DNA of 64,000 bases from Eledone cirrhosa. Taxonomy: Eukaryota. The notes under the pieces are model-generated. The model was given only the letters and a program-made list of their open reading frames with translations, was not told where the DNA came from and did not search any database. Both the position numbers and the translations under genes were made by a program. How positions within the stretch are numbered: the stretch's first letter is position 1; each line of letters opens with the position of its first letter. Positions 62,587 through 64,000 of this stretch are shown here, piece by piece. Location of the stretch: positions 25,172,001 through 25,236,000 of the forward strand of contig OZ024749.1 in NCBI GenBank assembly GCA_964016885.1, given 5' to 3'.

Positions 62587-62678
<92 letters not shown>

Positions 62679-63249
62679 CATATATGTGTCTGTGTGCGTG
62701 TGTATAACATGTTTGTAGTAAAAGCGTAAACAGACTGAAGACATAGAAAAACCACTCAGCTCCACCAACAACAACAACACCAACTCAACTATCATCAGCC
62801 CAACTTGTCCACTATTACTACAACACAATACCAACCCGAAACATAAACACAAAAGCAGACAAATAAAGAAACGAAGTCCTTCCATCCCCCACGCCAACAC
62901 ACTTCTTTATAAAAAAAATCGATTCCAAATCGAACATTTTAAATGAAAGATAGACTCATTAAAGATGATACATATGGTTATAGGAACAATACTAGAGTAA
63001 TTAAAATGATTTTAGATTCGACTGAATACTCATTAAAATAATCTCTGTTTTGGAAAAAAAAAAATTTGTATATGGTTTTTAAATGATTCCATACATTATA
63101 GGCACAAACATGGCTGCTTGGGTAAATGACTTCGCCGTGTAACCATATGGTGTTTTTTCGGGCTCACTTTAAGCAAGGCGGGTAAGATTGATCGTGATCA
63201 CCGACTGCCTTGGTTTGAAGAATGACATGTTATAAAATATATACTTTTG

Positions 63250-63305
<56 letters not shown>

Positions 63306-63316
63306 ATATATATATA

Positions 63317-64000
63317 TATATCCAAAATTAAGATAAATCAAAGTGAATTTAATCTAAATCAAAATTATTGGTGTCATGCCAGAAAGGCATGCGCCATATC
63401 ACCCGTAAAATAAGCTCCAAGATTCTAATGAATAAGTCCGAGCATTTTATAACAACTAGAAATTGATTAACATATAAATAAACATATGAAACAATCACAG
63501 GGGATAATTTTTACAAGTGTGTAAGCACACATAGCTAGGTAGGTAACTAAATAAAGTTAACTAGAACTTCAAAAATAGATACCTTATAATATGCTTAATC
63601 TTCCCTGTATATATTCCATTAAAGAAATATATTTCACCAATTAATCGAATGGTAAACCACGGAGGCAGATACTTGGATTTTCAACAAGGAAGAAGTCCAG
63701 CCATCTGTGTTTACGCATTAAGTTCAAATCAGCGACTGGCCAGTAACACGTGCTGTATCTACTAAAAATACACACATCATACCAGCTTCGTCCCAGTGGC
63801 GTGAATAGGGTTATCGACAACTAGAAACAGCAGTCAAGTCCTTTCAACAGAGTTAGCTCTACAATTAAGGAGCTGTATTTATATATCTATATCCAAAATT
63901 AAGATAAATCAAAGTGAATTTAAACTAAATCAAAATTATGGGTGTCATGCCAGAAAGCCATGCGCCATGTCACGTGTAAAATAAGCTCCAAGATTCTAAT
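63317..64000. repeat. Direct repeat with a ~570-bp period (63317-63429 vs 63887-64000), running off the window
   Basis: tccaaaattaagataaatcaaagtgaattt...aaataagctccaagattctaat occurs twice. Confidence 0.8.

Overview
AT-rich, repeat-dominated animal genomic DNA, most likely a cephalopod such as Octopus. This is inferred from the abundant tRNA-derived SINE and the (TA)n/(AAT)n/(GATA)n landscape. No intact host protein-coding gene can be supported, and nearly all ORF-track entries are microsatellite artefacts or retrotransposon fragments. The real content is four things. (1) A ~14-kb nest (40.7-54.4 kb) of non-LTR retrotransposons, all joined through (AAT)n/(ATT)n: one near full-length and two partial L1/Tx1-type elements, two R4/Dong-like RLE elements and SINEs, each class with a consistent strand polarity relative to the repeat. 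(2) A sister Tx1-type lineage that sits in (GATA)n instead (33-35.4 kb). (3) A decayed Penelope-like element with a GIY-YIG remnant, plus several distinct families of short (TA)n-embedded elements, often inverted-repeat, that carry minimal type-I hammerhead ribozyme motifs, one with a non-canonical core. (4) CR1-like and RTE remnants, foldback elements and >20 SINE copies. The most speculative observation is a conserved 52-53 nt GT-AG segment over the Tx1 ORF1 stop codon whose removal would fuse ORF1 and ORF2 in frame. All calls were made by eye, and boundaries are approximate.
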